A DNA stretch of 64,000 nt, from the NCBI GenBank assembly GCA_051294905.1, contig CM119386.1, positions 6,138,001-6,202,000 of the forward strand, read 5' to 3'. Under the pieces are notes generated by a model. It did no database searches. It was not told the DNA's origin and saw only the letters and a list, made by a program, of their open reading frames with translations. Both the position numbers and the translations under genes were made by a program. Positions 47,101-59,159 of the stretch are shown in pieces. The first letter of the stretch is position 1; every line of letters begins with the position of its first letter. Origin of the DNA: Botryllus schlosseri. Lineage: Eukaryota.

Positions 47101-49907
47101 GCATAGTCAGTAGTGATTGTATTTGTGTCAGAAAAAAGCGGAAGACGCAAAGAGGGCAATATCGGAGGCGATCGGGAAGACAAAGTCTAAAGTGAAAAGG
47201 TCTGCCGTGAAAAATACGACTGGATGTAACATCTTCGCTCAGCAGGATGCTAACGATAGTTTTCAGGTAGAAACGAGTGAAGTAGAGACAGGCCATGATC
47301 TTGTGTTAGTTTTCAGAAACAGTAGATGATAGCGAACTGCAGATAGCATACAATGTGTTGATTAGCTTGAGGAGAAGAAATGTGAGCATTGAAATTTGTA
47401 GGAATGTAGGATGATGATATTTTTCTGAATTGACTATGAAGTCAAGACATCTCTTGATCTCACTCAGTTTAGCAAATTCAAAATGGCATGTGGAGAAAAA
47501 AGGTTCTAGCATCATCTTGCAAAAATAGCTTTCCGAAAGTGCAGTCTTGGAGATCAAATACTATCGTCATGGTTCGATGTTATGAAGGATTTCTAGGAGA
47601 GGAAGGAAACTGCAAGGTGCCGGACTTTTCTCGGAATTGCACCCAACGTGAACGTAGTAGAGTTGTATTCCGTTTTATATCGAGAGCAGCAGTTATCAGG
47701 ATGTAACATTGCAATCCGGCAACGTTCCCCGCAGTCTCTCTAGAATTCGAGACTGCGGTTTTAATCTGCCGAAGAATATGTCGTGAAGGTTTTTCACAGA
47801 CCTCGGACCGACCGACGTTTTTTCGATCGATCTTCCGTGCCGTTGGTCTTTTTGCCCCTTCGCACAACTTTGAAGATTTGACGATCCCGTTCTGCCGTTG
47901 CGGTCGCGTTTTTCATCTGATATCGTCCCTGTTTATTGACAGTCGCTGACCCCGAAAAAGCTGCGTGCTGCCAAGCGAATGACGCACTTGCCATCTATGA
48001 TGAGCCCAGGCGGACCGAATGCGATACGCATTAGTAACTTTTGCCTGATCGGCAGCGCCACGATCGGTCTGAAAGACATTGCAGGAAGTAAATTTGCTTT
48101 GCAAAAGGTAACGGAGTTTGAAACGAAGTTGTCCCATTCCCTGGGATTCACCGTTGTTTCTCTGCGCAGGTGCCTTTTCTGTCGCCGATATCAGGACAGA
48201 TTTTCTGCAGACTCTCGGCCAGCTTCCATTCCGGTGTCGAGCAGAGGGGGTTCTTGGTGAGTTCTGTTTGTGATTTTTCTCGAATATTTGGTGTTTTGCT
48301 TTTGGTTCTTGCCAATTTTTGACGTTCGCAAATTTCCGAATAGTAAATTTTCACAAATTTTCGATTTTGCTATTTTGGAAAATTTTTGATTATCAACTTT
48401 TCGATTTTCAGATTCTTGATTGTCCATCTTCTATAAATTTTTGATTTTCACGATTTTTAGATAGCATATATACACAATTTTTCAGATTGTTTTATTCTCA
48501 CAACAGTCACACCTTTTTGATTTTGACAAATTTTTGAGTTTCAATTTTTTCCCAGACCATGTTTGACGATGTGGGCGGACTCGGCGCTTGGCACAGACGC
48601 TGGTGTGCACTCCGACAGGGCAGGCTGTACTCGTGGACTTACCCTGACGATGAGCAGCACAAGGTTAGTGCGACAATCGCTTTTGGAGCATAACTAATCA
48701 CCATCGCAGCAAACATTCGTCAAGAATATAGTCTAAGGTTTCCTTACACCCTGTGTTCAACTCACGCTAGAAACAATCCGGACCCCGCGTTGGATAGCTT
48801 ACGGAAATACAAAAACTTTCTTTCAATTTCATCTTGATGGGACTTTTTTTCATAAAAAATTGTCAGTTACAAAAATTTTTCCTGAACTTTTTACAACCAA
48901 ATACTCCAATGTTTTGTCCTACTGTAGGACTTAACACTTTTTTCGACAGCGATTGCCAATTTTTTTTCGTCTTAGAAACCATTGATGGCGATCTCGATGG
49001 CGGAATGCATCAGTCGCGACTGCTCTACGGTGGAGAGGATCTTGTGCGCGAGGCCAAACACTTTCGAACTGCGGACGATGCGTCCAAGGCGGCACGGTGA
49101 CAAGCAGAATCTGATTTCCGAGGACACAGGATCTGTGATTACGACGCGGTGGGTATTTACCGGGGTTGTTACAAGTCAATCTCACTTTTATAGTCTTGAC
49201 TCGATTCAAGTCGAGTCATTTTTTATCCACCACCGAGTCAAGGGTCGAGTCATCGTATTTGGTCTCGAGTCTCCAAGTCGTCTGCACTGTTCAATTTGAG
49301 TTCAATCCGGTTCAGCCCACTTTCATCCAACCATCGTGTGATATAGAATGGCTTGCATTTATAATATCTCAATTTCCCTCAGTCCTAACAGTGTCTGGCC
49401 CTATTTTCCAATTGTCAAGACTGATAGACGACATATCAATGACGTAGTGACTTTACTACTCTTCGAAGTTACAATGAAATGTCTTGGCAGTCCCAATCAC
49501 GAGTCATACACAATGACCCATGTGCAAGTTGAGTCAATGCACAAATTGACTGTCACGTAATTTTACGGATTCGAAATGACTCAAGTCACCGAAAAAAAGT
49601 TCAAGTACTCTGTTACAGACCACCTCCACTTGAATGACAGTAGCAATATCGCATTCTGTTAATGCAAGCTAAAAGCCAAACGTCAGATCAATATGTTGCA
49701 CTCTCGTCTTTCTGGACTGCTATTCCAGGAATAGCAACCATGGCTTAGCTTGTGCTGGGATTTCCTCTGTCAATTCCAAATTTGCCGTTCAGGCATTGGT
49801 TGTCCGCGGATACGAAAGAGGAACGTCTCGCGTGGATCGCCAGTCTCAACCAAGCTCTCGCCGACGTCCGCGCATGGGACACGGAAGCCTTGAAACCTTT
49901 CAAGTGA
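32103..49907 (+). CDS. ANLN: Anillin, actin-binding cytokinesis scaffold with anillin-homology and PH domains, ~1043 aa
   Basis: Phase-consistent exons: 32103-32123, 32205-32358, 32424-32513, 33411-33503, 33570-33777, 34284-34356, 34638-34801, 35198-35285, 36024-36167, 38066-38142, 39573-39727, 41102-41209 (GC donor), 42036-42247, 42939-43120, 44243-44330, 44875-45022, 45247-45414, 45829-45955, 46020-46068, 46746-46820, 47132-47191 (weak donor), 47943-48107, 48170-48256, 48556-48663, 48976-49148, 49793-49907 (TGA). Anillin motifs: MDEITK|[111 protein letters not shown]. Confidence 0.95.
36609..37076. mobile_element. hAT MITE family D (468 bp) with GACTCGAGTC subterminal palindromes
   Basis: Right end TACAGCCCTG, degenerate left end CAGACTTGTA; TSD CTACTTAC/CTACTTGC (7/8); related copies at 49161 and 55770. 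Confidence 0.8.
40195..40818. mobile_element. Fully palindromic (foldback) hAT-type MITE, 624 bp
   Basis: The two halves are imperfect reverse complements along the whole length (AGGGCTGTTCAAAAAA..TTTTTTGAACAGCCCT; CCTAAATCTTGCTGGCTAGGTGA / TCACCTAGCCAGCAAGATTTAGG). TSD ATGACGAA/ATGACCAA (7/8). A related half-copy lies at ~8580-8730. Confidence 0.88.
43303..43367. repeat. Dispersed repeat shared in inverted orientation with 62971-63035
   Basis: AAATGTCTGTACAGCAAGCTTG(A/G)CTCGTT(A/T)CGCAC is present at both sites, flanked by ATAATTCTAAT-like units. Confidence 0.75.
49161..49620. mobile_element. MITE family D copy, starting 12 nt after anillin donor 49149
   Basis: Co-linear with 36609-37076 and 55770-56180 (CTCACTTTTATAGT..GACTC..GAGTCAAG..TTCAACCCA); right end degenerate. 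Confidence 0.7.
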
Positions 49908-51675
49908 AGCCCATGGGATAGTCGATTGCGCCGAGACTCTGCCCTGGACGAAAGCCAGCCTAGCGGGGCTGTAACCGTGATTTATCCGGGCACATAAGTG
50001 TAATTACCTTAACGCCAGTGTTTTTATCGAACTAATTTCATGTGGCAATAATGGAGTGTTTAACGGCCCATGTAACCATAATGCAACGGCTGTGTAAACG
50101 ATATACATCTGTAAAGGATACCTGATCAACGTTTTAACTTGTGTATGAGTGTAGGTGGGATAGCTAGCTGTATATTACGTCTGTCTCTCGTTAATATAAA
50201 GATAGTAAATAGCAAAGTATTTTCTTGTAATTTAATGCATAGTGCCTATAACCCTATCTGCCGTGTCTGTGCACTTTATTCGCGCCTGTTTTTCTCTAGA
50301 TTTGGTGTAGATAGGTTTGTGCTTGCTGCAATTTAAGCGTTGTGCCGTCCTCTTATGTGCTGTATGGTATTATAGACGTTCTCATCTACACTTTTGTGTA
50401 TTGATAGAAGTGAAATGGTCCGAATAGGTTCGCAACGATTCGTGATGTATTTTGGCAGTGAGTATTCTATGCTTGGGATACATCCAGACATTCTTCTCAT
50501 GTTTGTCAATATTGTGCCATAGCTCCCCGATTCAGCTATGTCCATATTTGTACTGGCTGTAAATGCGTTTCTGCAGAACCATAACCTTTATACCATTCCT
50601 TTCCCCGTGTCACTTGTATTTTTAGCAGTTTCTTTATTATGCCTGCGTTAAAACGTTTTTGTTGTTGCGGGTGAACCGATCGCTGAATTTGTCTGTTATT
50701 TCATTTCCGCTCTTTCTCTGCCGTTTGTGTACATGATTCTATATGGCTTGTAACTCTCTATCTGCCCACTGGCCTTCTCTTAACAGGATTATCTTGTAAA
50801 AATTGTAATAAAGCTTGTTTGAAATCTCGGGTTTCTTGTGAAGATGGGTATGTGCTGATTGGTAAAATAATCAAGCAGCCAAGCCTCTCTTGACCTCTAT
50901 TTGTTATTATCATAGCTGCCGAATGGGATGTTGTCGTGTACAGTATAAGTGTCACTACACATCAGGGCCAGGGATTCGCATAAATCTATATGCTACTTTC
51001 ATTAGTTTTTTGACTCATTCTTCACGTTCGGGATAGCAACTCATAATACAACCCAATCTAGTTTGATATCCCACGTCTCTGACTAAGTTGTATTAGAACA
51101 ATTCGGGACTTCCAACGACTACCTCATATCAAGGAAGCAAAGCTAGAGGTCTGGTATCTGAGCTGATAACTTGGACAAAGTAATGAACTGAATATTAAAT
51201 GTCATAGTACCATGAAAAATTAGTATTGGCTAGGTAATATGGCACCATGACTATTGCGGTCCCTTTCACCATGGATATACAGTTTACAAAGTGCAAAGTG
51301 ACTGAATAAACTGTATTGGTAATAGTACTCTACAGATTGGTGTGGAATACAATCGTCATGGTTCCTCCTTACTAGTAATTTCTCCTTGTGACATTTGTAA
51401 ATATATAGTGCGTTTCTCAGTCCAAGTTATTCGCTCAGATACCAGACCTCTTAGTTGCTACAACCGACACCCATAAGCTATCTTTATCCCCACCCAACCA
51501 AAACTTAAAGTCATACTATTGCATTTTTGTCACAAAAACAGCCTATTCTTGCAACCAACACTTTTCACAAATAAATACATGTAAGATAGTATCATGGCAA
51601 CAAAGTTTCAAGCAGTGCAAAATCGAAATAAAATGATCTGTAGCAGAAATATGTGTACTCCATGAGCTGCAATAA

Positions 51676-54600
51676 TCATATCTTCCAATCCCACGGAATA
51701 CAAAACTGTCCTTGATCAAACACAGAGAAATAATCCAACGTGATTCTCAACTCCAAACCATTCAATAAGGCAAATTCGGTGGCATTTCGCAACAGCCTTT
51801 CACAGCACATTGTCATCTTTTCGTGGTCGACGTCAAAATCTTTAGTAATGCTCAGCAAATGCAGTTTCTCTCGACAAATCTCCATGAGCTGTTGAGATCG
51901 ATTCTTTGCACTAAAATGCAAGATACGATATACTCTAACGCAGGAAATATCCTTCGGCTCCAAGGTAACCTTAGTAGCCAAAGAGTAAACTTTTTCAGAA
52001 TATTGAAAGAAATATTGCCTGCACACACTGCTTTTCTGATGCCAAGATCTCTTAAGATTTATTTTATCAGTATCAATCCAAGAGATCTTGGCATCAAAGA
52101 TGAATGAAATAACGTCTTAAAGTGGCAAGCAGAATGTGCATGTATAAACAAACATATTCGATGAGGTAATTTTCAATTTTATTACCTGGCGTTCAAATTG
52201 TTCCTTTCTTGTAATTCTGCTTTGTTTTGAGATATAAAATTCATCAAATCAACAGGATCACATGTATGCATAACACGGAGTCTTCCGTTTGGTAAAACAC
52301 CGATATTTTCATCGCTGAAAGAATAACAAGTCAGTCACTTGAAACCAATAACAGAGTTCCACAATATTTTATTCCAGATGCATTCATTTAAACTCTCTCC
52401 TTTCACCCAAACATATACCTATACTACTAAATTATTGTGAGTTTCTGTTGGGTAGAGACATCTTTTTTTAACATCTGCTAGGTCGTAGCATCCAGGTGAG
52501 AGGGATTTTAGGGCAAGTTTGGTATATTCATTGAATTGACTGCTATGCACCTTCAACTTTTTCACCGTATTGTGAATAAAGTTCATGTTCTACCCTAAAC
52601 ATAAAAAAGTGATCTCATTCTTCAAGTTTTAGCCACAAATATGTTGCCAAAATCGCTTTAATATTCCTTCAGTGCATTTCTATGAGACCGCACCAAACGG
52701 CCATGCCAAGTAGAGTTACTTACCTTAAATTTTGAGTCCTGGAAAAAGTAATCTCAAGATCCGATAAAGACTCTGGTTTAAAGAAACCTGTCTCGGGTGC
52801 GCATGATTTCACCTTCGACCATATCAAACTGACGATTGACAAGTATTCATTTATCGATATGAGATTATGTTCGCGGAAACGTGACATTCGGACTTTCGGA
52901 CGTATCACCTATAAATAATAGGCATATCTCGCATCATTTCGTTAAAAAACAAGAACATCCATGAGTAGGCCTATGTAACAATTCTATACATGCATTTTCC
53001 ACTTTCAAAATTTTCAACAAATCCTTAAAAAGCATTGGCTATCAATCATAAAATGAAACAAGATTTCATCTCGATCACTTACCCGAATGCAACATACTAA
53101 CCTTTATGTTACCGAAGCGTTTGCTAATCTCAATATCCAACGTATTGGCGTCTTGATATTGCACTGTATATGTACTGTGGCAGTTGGACAAAAACTAAAA
53201 ATAAAAGTGAATATCAAGTAATTCCAGATGCGGTCATTAACGATGCACTTATACTTTTTCGGAGCACCACTTAATCAAGCAGCTATGATTTTATACTACT
53301 TACTTGGAAATTGCTACCGAGTACTTCTTGAAGCACTTTTCACTTTTTCCAAAATGATTTAAGTATGGTAGTTCTAATTGCTAAGTAAAATGTAAGTATT
53401 CTAGGCTTAGCTGAGCAGAAGAGGAAGTATTATGAAATCATAACCACTTGAGTAAGCAGTGCCAGTAGGTAAAAGTAGGAGTACTTTGTTAGTAACCACC
53501 TCTGCACATTTTTCATCATCACCTGCATCCATTGCTGAGGAACGTCTCCGACATTGAGGCAGACGCTTCTGTCTGCCGTGGCCAGCGTTTCATCTGTAAA
53601 CACTAGCCTTTTCCCACTTAAATATTGCACATTCTCACGGTGTTGGTTGCACATGCGGACAAAATTGCGCAAAACCCCCTGAAATCACAAGATTTCTATT
53701 TATCCTTATTCAAATGAGTTACTAGATTACTACCTGTTCGCTGCTATGCTGCCAAGGACTGCACCATATGATTTCTGCGATGTCTGTATTCAGACAGATT
53801 GCGTTTTTGATTGTCGTATTGCTTTCAGTAACTGAACGGCTGTCCAATTGACGTTGGTTGATTGTACTGATATTCTTCCGTAGCCATTGCCTGGTTGATA
53901 AAATAGTGAAGTAATCTTCAAACAGAGGCGGCCAATACCGAATCACTTCTACTTTGTAGGTGCCTAGTAGACTTTATCTACTCTGGAGGTTATGATTATT
54001 TTCTATCCCACCTTGTTTTGAAGTCAAACTACTTACCTTCACATTTCAGAATAATTTTCAAATGGTGTTCAGACTGATATTGCCATGACCACCGGACGAA
54101 ATAACCGCAGTGTCGTAGAAAATTGAATATCAATCCAATTTGCGAATCCATTAGGCATTGTGAAGATGTGTCGTTTGCAATTTTGAGAGTTACCACAGGA
54201 AATATAATTACGGTACAAAAGTCTGCGACGCCAGTCCCAATCTACTTCTTCAGAGTATTTACTTGGGTCATTTTCAAACCCATTGATTTATAATTGTGAT
54301 TAAAGTAATTTTGTCATGTCTTGGAAATCATTTTAAGGCAATAGCTCTGCTTGAAGTCAAGTATCATCAGGCACTACTTTGAATAGCGCCGCATTGAACA
54401 CATGACGATGAAAGGTGATTTTATAGGGAAAAAGGTGTTTACTCTGATAGATTCCAGAAAAGTGAGATTCACATGCAGATTCTCTTCACAGATTTATAGA
54501 GTTTGCAGGCTTGCTTTAAACTTTATACGTTTAATTGAAACCTGTAGTAAATGCCTGGGCAAAACAATTATCATCTCCATTGCATTGCAACATACTGTTA

Positions 54601-56704
54601 TTCATCGTCAAAAATTGAAAGGCAACACAAGTTCATTCCCATAAGCTTGATCGGTAGTTATCACCAACGGACTGCATTTTTTCAGAATTTCAAGCCATAC
54701 AATGAATGAATCATGCTCCAGGTCTTCCTTACCTCAAACCTACTTCTAAAGCTGACTTTTCAGTCCTCAAATCATCTTTCGATTCAGTTCTCCCCCACCA
54801 AGCTTGACCTCCGTGCGATTTTCGGTATCGTTGCTCCAACGGCCTTTCCCTCGATGGCCCTTTGCTCATATCACTCAAGTGTGAAACAGACAAGTCGCAG
54901 GACGTCAATATATGCTCGATGTTGGTTAGCAAGTCATGAGATCGCAGGGTGAAATTCACCTTTTTGAAATCTGAACATAGATTTCACTAATCATATGTTA
55001 CATTGCCTGCAAAATTTTCAGTCATACCGTTGACATTCTTGTCCTTTCGAAAGTAAAAAGTAACCTTTGTGGGCTGTAAGTTTACAGTTTGTTTTGAACA
55101 TTGAATCGCTCCCAAGTAGCTGTTCAACCGCTTCAAAGAAGACTCGTTGACTTTCTAGAGATAGGATTCGACTGATCATACAAGAACATTGGATCTTGCA
55201 CTTGCAATTTACTGACTTAGGCGGAAAAGGTGACATTGGTTTTGGAGTGCTTCCATTTTAGTCGCAATCAGTTTACCAATTGAAAAAAGCAGGCTTTCTA
55301 GACTTCAAATTACCAACTTTTGTTGAAATGGAGCTCGTTAAGGAGATATTTATCTTCCATGCTTCTACAAAATTACTTGATCGTATCAATTTTTACTTCT
55401 ATTTGAAATGACGTTTGCACATATATTATTCTAGATGTATATGTGTGTAATAAGTCAGCAACAAGTATTAATTTTACCCAACTGTTGCACACAGCATAGT
55501 ATGATTGACTCGTAGATATCGGCATAACGCATTGGTGTATTTCGAGTAGTTATCAAAGGACCAGTTCCCATGGATTGCGTTCTAATTATTATATAACAAT
55601 CAAAAAATAGGTGAGTACCAAAGCAACATTCATGCATAGGTGGACACTGGTCAGCAACAAGTTACTTTTCAGCTCCTCAAGTCGGGCCTGAACACTAATT
55701 TCAATAGCTTGAGGTGGTTGCTAGATTGATAGACCATACCGGGTCGTTTCAACATCTTTTATGTTGCAACAGGGTTGTAAGCAAGCCACGATTCAATCTC
55801 AGTTTTATAGTTTTGACTCAAGTCATTTTCAATTCACCACCGAGTCAAGTCAGCTAGTAGAGGATCAAGTCCGAGTCATAGTGTTTTGACTCGAGTCCAA
55901 GTCATTATGCTCAGTTTCAGTTCAACCCATTTTTTCAACTCTGCTTGAGTGATATGGCCTGGTTCGCATTCATAATATAGTAATTATCCTCAGTGTCAAC
56001 AGTTTCTGGCCCTCATTTTCAGGTATTAGGACTGATAGACAAAATGCCAATAATGTGGTAACTTTACTATTCTTCGAAGTTACAATGAAATGTCTGTCTT
56101 GGCCGTCCCATTCTCGAATCATATCACTTGGTTCGAGTCATTTTCTGTATTGCATCGAGTCATTTTACGCTCGAGTGCCTGCAAAGCAATTGTTTTGTAA
56201 AACGCATTGTACATTGTACGTTGCGTGTTCACTGTCCAGTAACGAAATATTTCTACTTTTCAAAGTAATCCAAGTAAGATTAGCCCATTTACACTACTTA
56301 CTCAAGTTGTTAGGATTTTAGACTTAGAACTACTCAACAGTTTTCTAGGCAAGACTAAGTTTAGAACACTTACTCTTTTATGTAGTTGGAAATCGTTACT
56401 TCTACTTGTAATTGAGTATAAATTTACTCCTCCCAGCATAGGATGCCATATGGCAGTTAGTATAGAAGATAAAAAATAATTGTACTCCACCAACCTGTAT
56501 ATTTGGATGTTGAGCAAAGAAATCAGGGTGGACAGATAGGTAGAATGCTCTCAAAGCACCAATAGATATACTGGATGAGGCTTGCTTATATTGCCAACAC
56601 AATACGCCAATTACCGGTGAGGACCTTGATGATGAAACAAATCGTTTGCCAATGGCAATAAGAACATTACTCAGCTCACTGACCTTAGTTTGGTTCGCGC
56701 CCAT
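51676..56704 (-). CDS. TCAIM: T-cell activation inhibitor, mitochondrial (DUF4460/DUF4461 protein), 545 aa
   Basis: Phase-consistent exons: 56704-56495, 55154-55028, 54970-54733, 53890-53734, 53678-53523, 53194-53102, 52908-52724, 52314-52186, 52018-51676 (TGA); all introns GT-AG. Motifs matching TCAIM: ALRAFYLSVHPDFFAQHP, KVNESSLKRLNSYL, VNFTLRSHDLL, GKRLVFTD..VGDVPQQW, and C-terminal FSVFDQGQFCIPWDWK. The Ser/Arg/Lys-rich N-terminus resembles a mitochondrial presequence. Confidence 0.92.
55770..56180. mobile_element. MITE family D copy in TCAIM intron 1
   Basis: Starts CAGGGTTGTAAGCAAG; co-linear with the other family D copies; right end truncated. Confidence 0.7.
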
Positions 56705-58805
56705 AAAAGATTCGCCATCAATTTAATCTATTGATTAAAATCTACATTTTGATTAGCAATTAAAAGCCTACGGCTGAAATATAAATATCAACATGAGACA
56801 CACAAAATCACCGCAAATACACATTATAATCATGATGTCATGTGAGTGATAATCATTGTCCATTTAGTGACTTCAAGGAAAATTAAGGGCGTAGAAAAGT
56901 AGAAACTTGATCGAGAATTATTGAAGGCTTATGTTTGACCATCAATCAGTGAGTGTGCTGAAGCAAACACACCAATATTTGACCACACATTGTCTTTGGT
57001 CTTGAAGCTTTTCCAGTTTCAAAGACCAACTGGTTTCCAAGAAACAGTGACGTATTTTACCTCATCAGGGCTCCATTGAATGAAGCATACAGCCAATCAA
57101 CTTGACAACCTCATCACGTCCTCACTTGATCAAGTCACAATACAGAATCTATATGATCGTCTCAACCTGCTCTTCAAGTCTTCCTAGGAAGATAGGTATC
57201 TAATATTCCATGACCTGAATTGACCTCTTTGCTATCACCAGAATATTACTATTCTCTCCAATTTTGTTTGTATAAATTCGTGACACTGTAGGAGAGAAGC
57301 AAATTGCTTTGAGCAACTGTATTATTTATATATGTGATTGTTGTCAAACATTATTGCTAATTCATATGCCGGTTTACTGCTGGTTGTATGGATCCATGTC
57401 ATTACACAGTACCGTTGAGCGAGAACGCATTATAATAATTTCTTTGGTACGTGTTGTGTGTGCATTTGTCCGATGACTGCCTTTATATTATACCCATTAA
57501 TTTGGGGAAACTCATTCTTAGCATGCCAGTCGAGGTGGTGTAGGCATGACCGTCAGCAGGTCAGCATCACTTTACATGGCTGTGTGCGTGACTGACATCT
57601 CATTATCACAAGTTTTAATGATGTACTGATTTCAGCTCTTGCAGCAAGTAGTATAGTAGGCTACTTGCCATTCCTTGTATTTCAGTAAATAATACACATT
57701 ACTGTAGGATATATCATGCAATTTTGTTATTATTGATAATTTACTTGATGTTCTTACACCAAAATACTATTCAGCCACATTTGTTCAGAATAATATTCGT
57801 GAGTAGCTTATAAACAAGCAATAGACGTTAAAAGATCCGCTCAACAGAGCTCGACATCAATTTCAGCATGAGATTTTGAACTACATATTTACAATTACAC
57901 TCCACATTCGCCCAGTTTACATTCTTACAACTCATGCTGCTATTTCTGGAAATGATATTTCCCCATTCTACATCAAGAGCATCAAGTCTCAAGTGTAGGA
58001 AACTATTACATGTTGGAACATCTTCGGCGCAGACACAAGTGATAGCATGTCAGGTTCCACCTATTATTGTGTGGCATCCCGTTATTGATACATCTAGTGC
58101 CATTACTACCACACAAAGAGTAGCAATACAACACAATTTTTTTGTCTTGCGGACTTTTTTAGGTGGTGAGTAGTAAAATATCCTACACTGCAACCTGTGC
58201 GATTTCACATCATAATTCCAGACCAGGCCCGCGTTATTAACAACATTTAGGCTGAATAATTACTCGAAATATACTTTCAATACTGTAGTGTTTTGAATCT
58301 TCAGTTCAGAGAATCAATGACACATATTGGCATCGAAGTTGGTTGCCAAGAGATAAGAACCTGGTCACTAAATGTGATTATGGTAGTTTCTGGTAATACA
58401 ATTGATGATCAAGGAAACAACATCAGTCACTAAGCCTACTGGTAAAAAGAAAATTTCAATACGACTTTTGTATCTTAGAAATAGCAGCAATCAACAACTG
58501 GCCAATCGCTGCCTATTGTGTGGCATTATTCAGCATATCCTCAAGATCAGTAAATGTGCATAACTGGGGACTTCATAACTCCAAACTATGCAACCTGTTA
58601 CTCACAAAATAAGGTGAGCTAGTTTCGCAAAAATAATGGCAACTCTTTTTATCATAGCAATCATTTACTTCAAAATATTTAGCAAGACTACCAATTTGAC
58701 ATAGTTCAAATCAGAGGTTCGCTCAAACTCGACCAATACAATAGGAATAATGACATGTCATATTGCGAAATTTTCACAGACAAATAGTATGCCAACATTT
58801 TCCCA

Positions 58806-59132
58806 TTAATGGCTTGACGGTTTTCCGTAATATTCACCAGATTGGTAGATCTTCTGTCGCAGAGTAATGACTTGGTCGTCTCTTTTATAAAGCTCTCTTT
58901 CCGACGGGACGCCCATCACTAATTTCTGTTCGTGTTTTTCATAGTTGATCTTGCTGTACGGGTCGGGGTTCATCCATCTATTCCATGAGACATCAGCTTT
59001 TCTTGCGGATGTGTAGTACATTATCCCGACTGACATGGATCCTGCCACTCCCAGTGCCGCGAATAAAGGATACAAATCGATATGCTTTTGTATTTGTCCT
59101 CTGACAAGACGAATTGCGCTTCCAAAAGACAT
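58806..59132 (-). CDS. NDUFA4-like: NDUFA4/COXFA4 family (B12D) cytochrome c oxidase subunit, C15orf48-like features, 108 aa, single coding exon
   Basis: Uninterrupted ORF with QKHIDLYPLFAALGVAG (compare KKHPSLIPLF), one hydrophobic segment, and the K-x-DVSW-x-R-x-x-NPDP family motif. A splice acceptor gtctgtAG lies at 59158-59157, just upstream of the ATG. Confidence 0.88.
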   Translation of the reverse strand: MSFGSAIRLVRGQIQKHIDLYPLFAALGVAGSMSVGIMYYTSARKADVSWNRWMNPDPYSKINYEKHEQKLVMGVPSERELYKRDDQVITLRQKIYQSGEYYGKPSSH

Positions 59133-59159
59133 TTTTGTATAACAGGCGATGTTTTCTAC

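Noticed and set aside
47729-47758. Perfect 10-bp GC-rich stem-loop CCGCAGTCTC/GAGACTGCGG
   Set aside because: No CTRR end for a Helitron, and bacterial terminator logic does not apply; a single short stem can arise by chance.
57550-57600. TGTGCGTG seed-like match and weak hairpin while searching for a miR-147/miR-210-like hairpin downstream of the C15orf48-like gene
   Set aside because: Only 8 nt match, on the strand opposite to the host transcript, with poor pairing. No miR-147 mature sequence was found.
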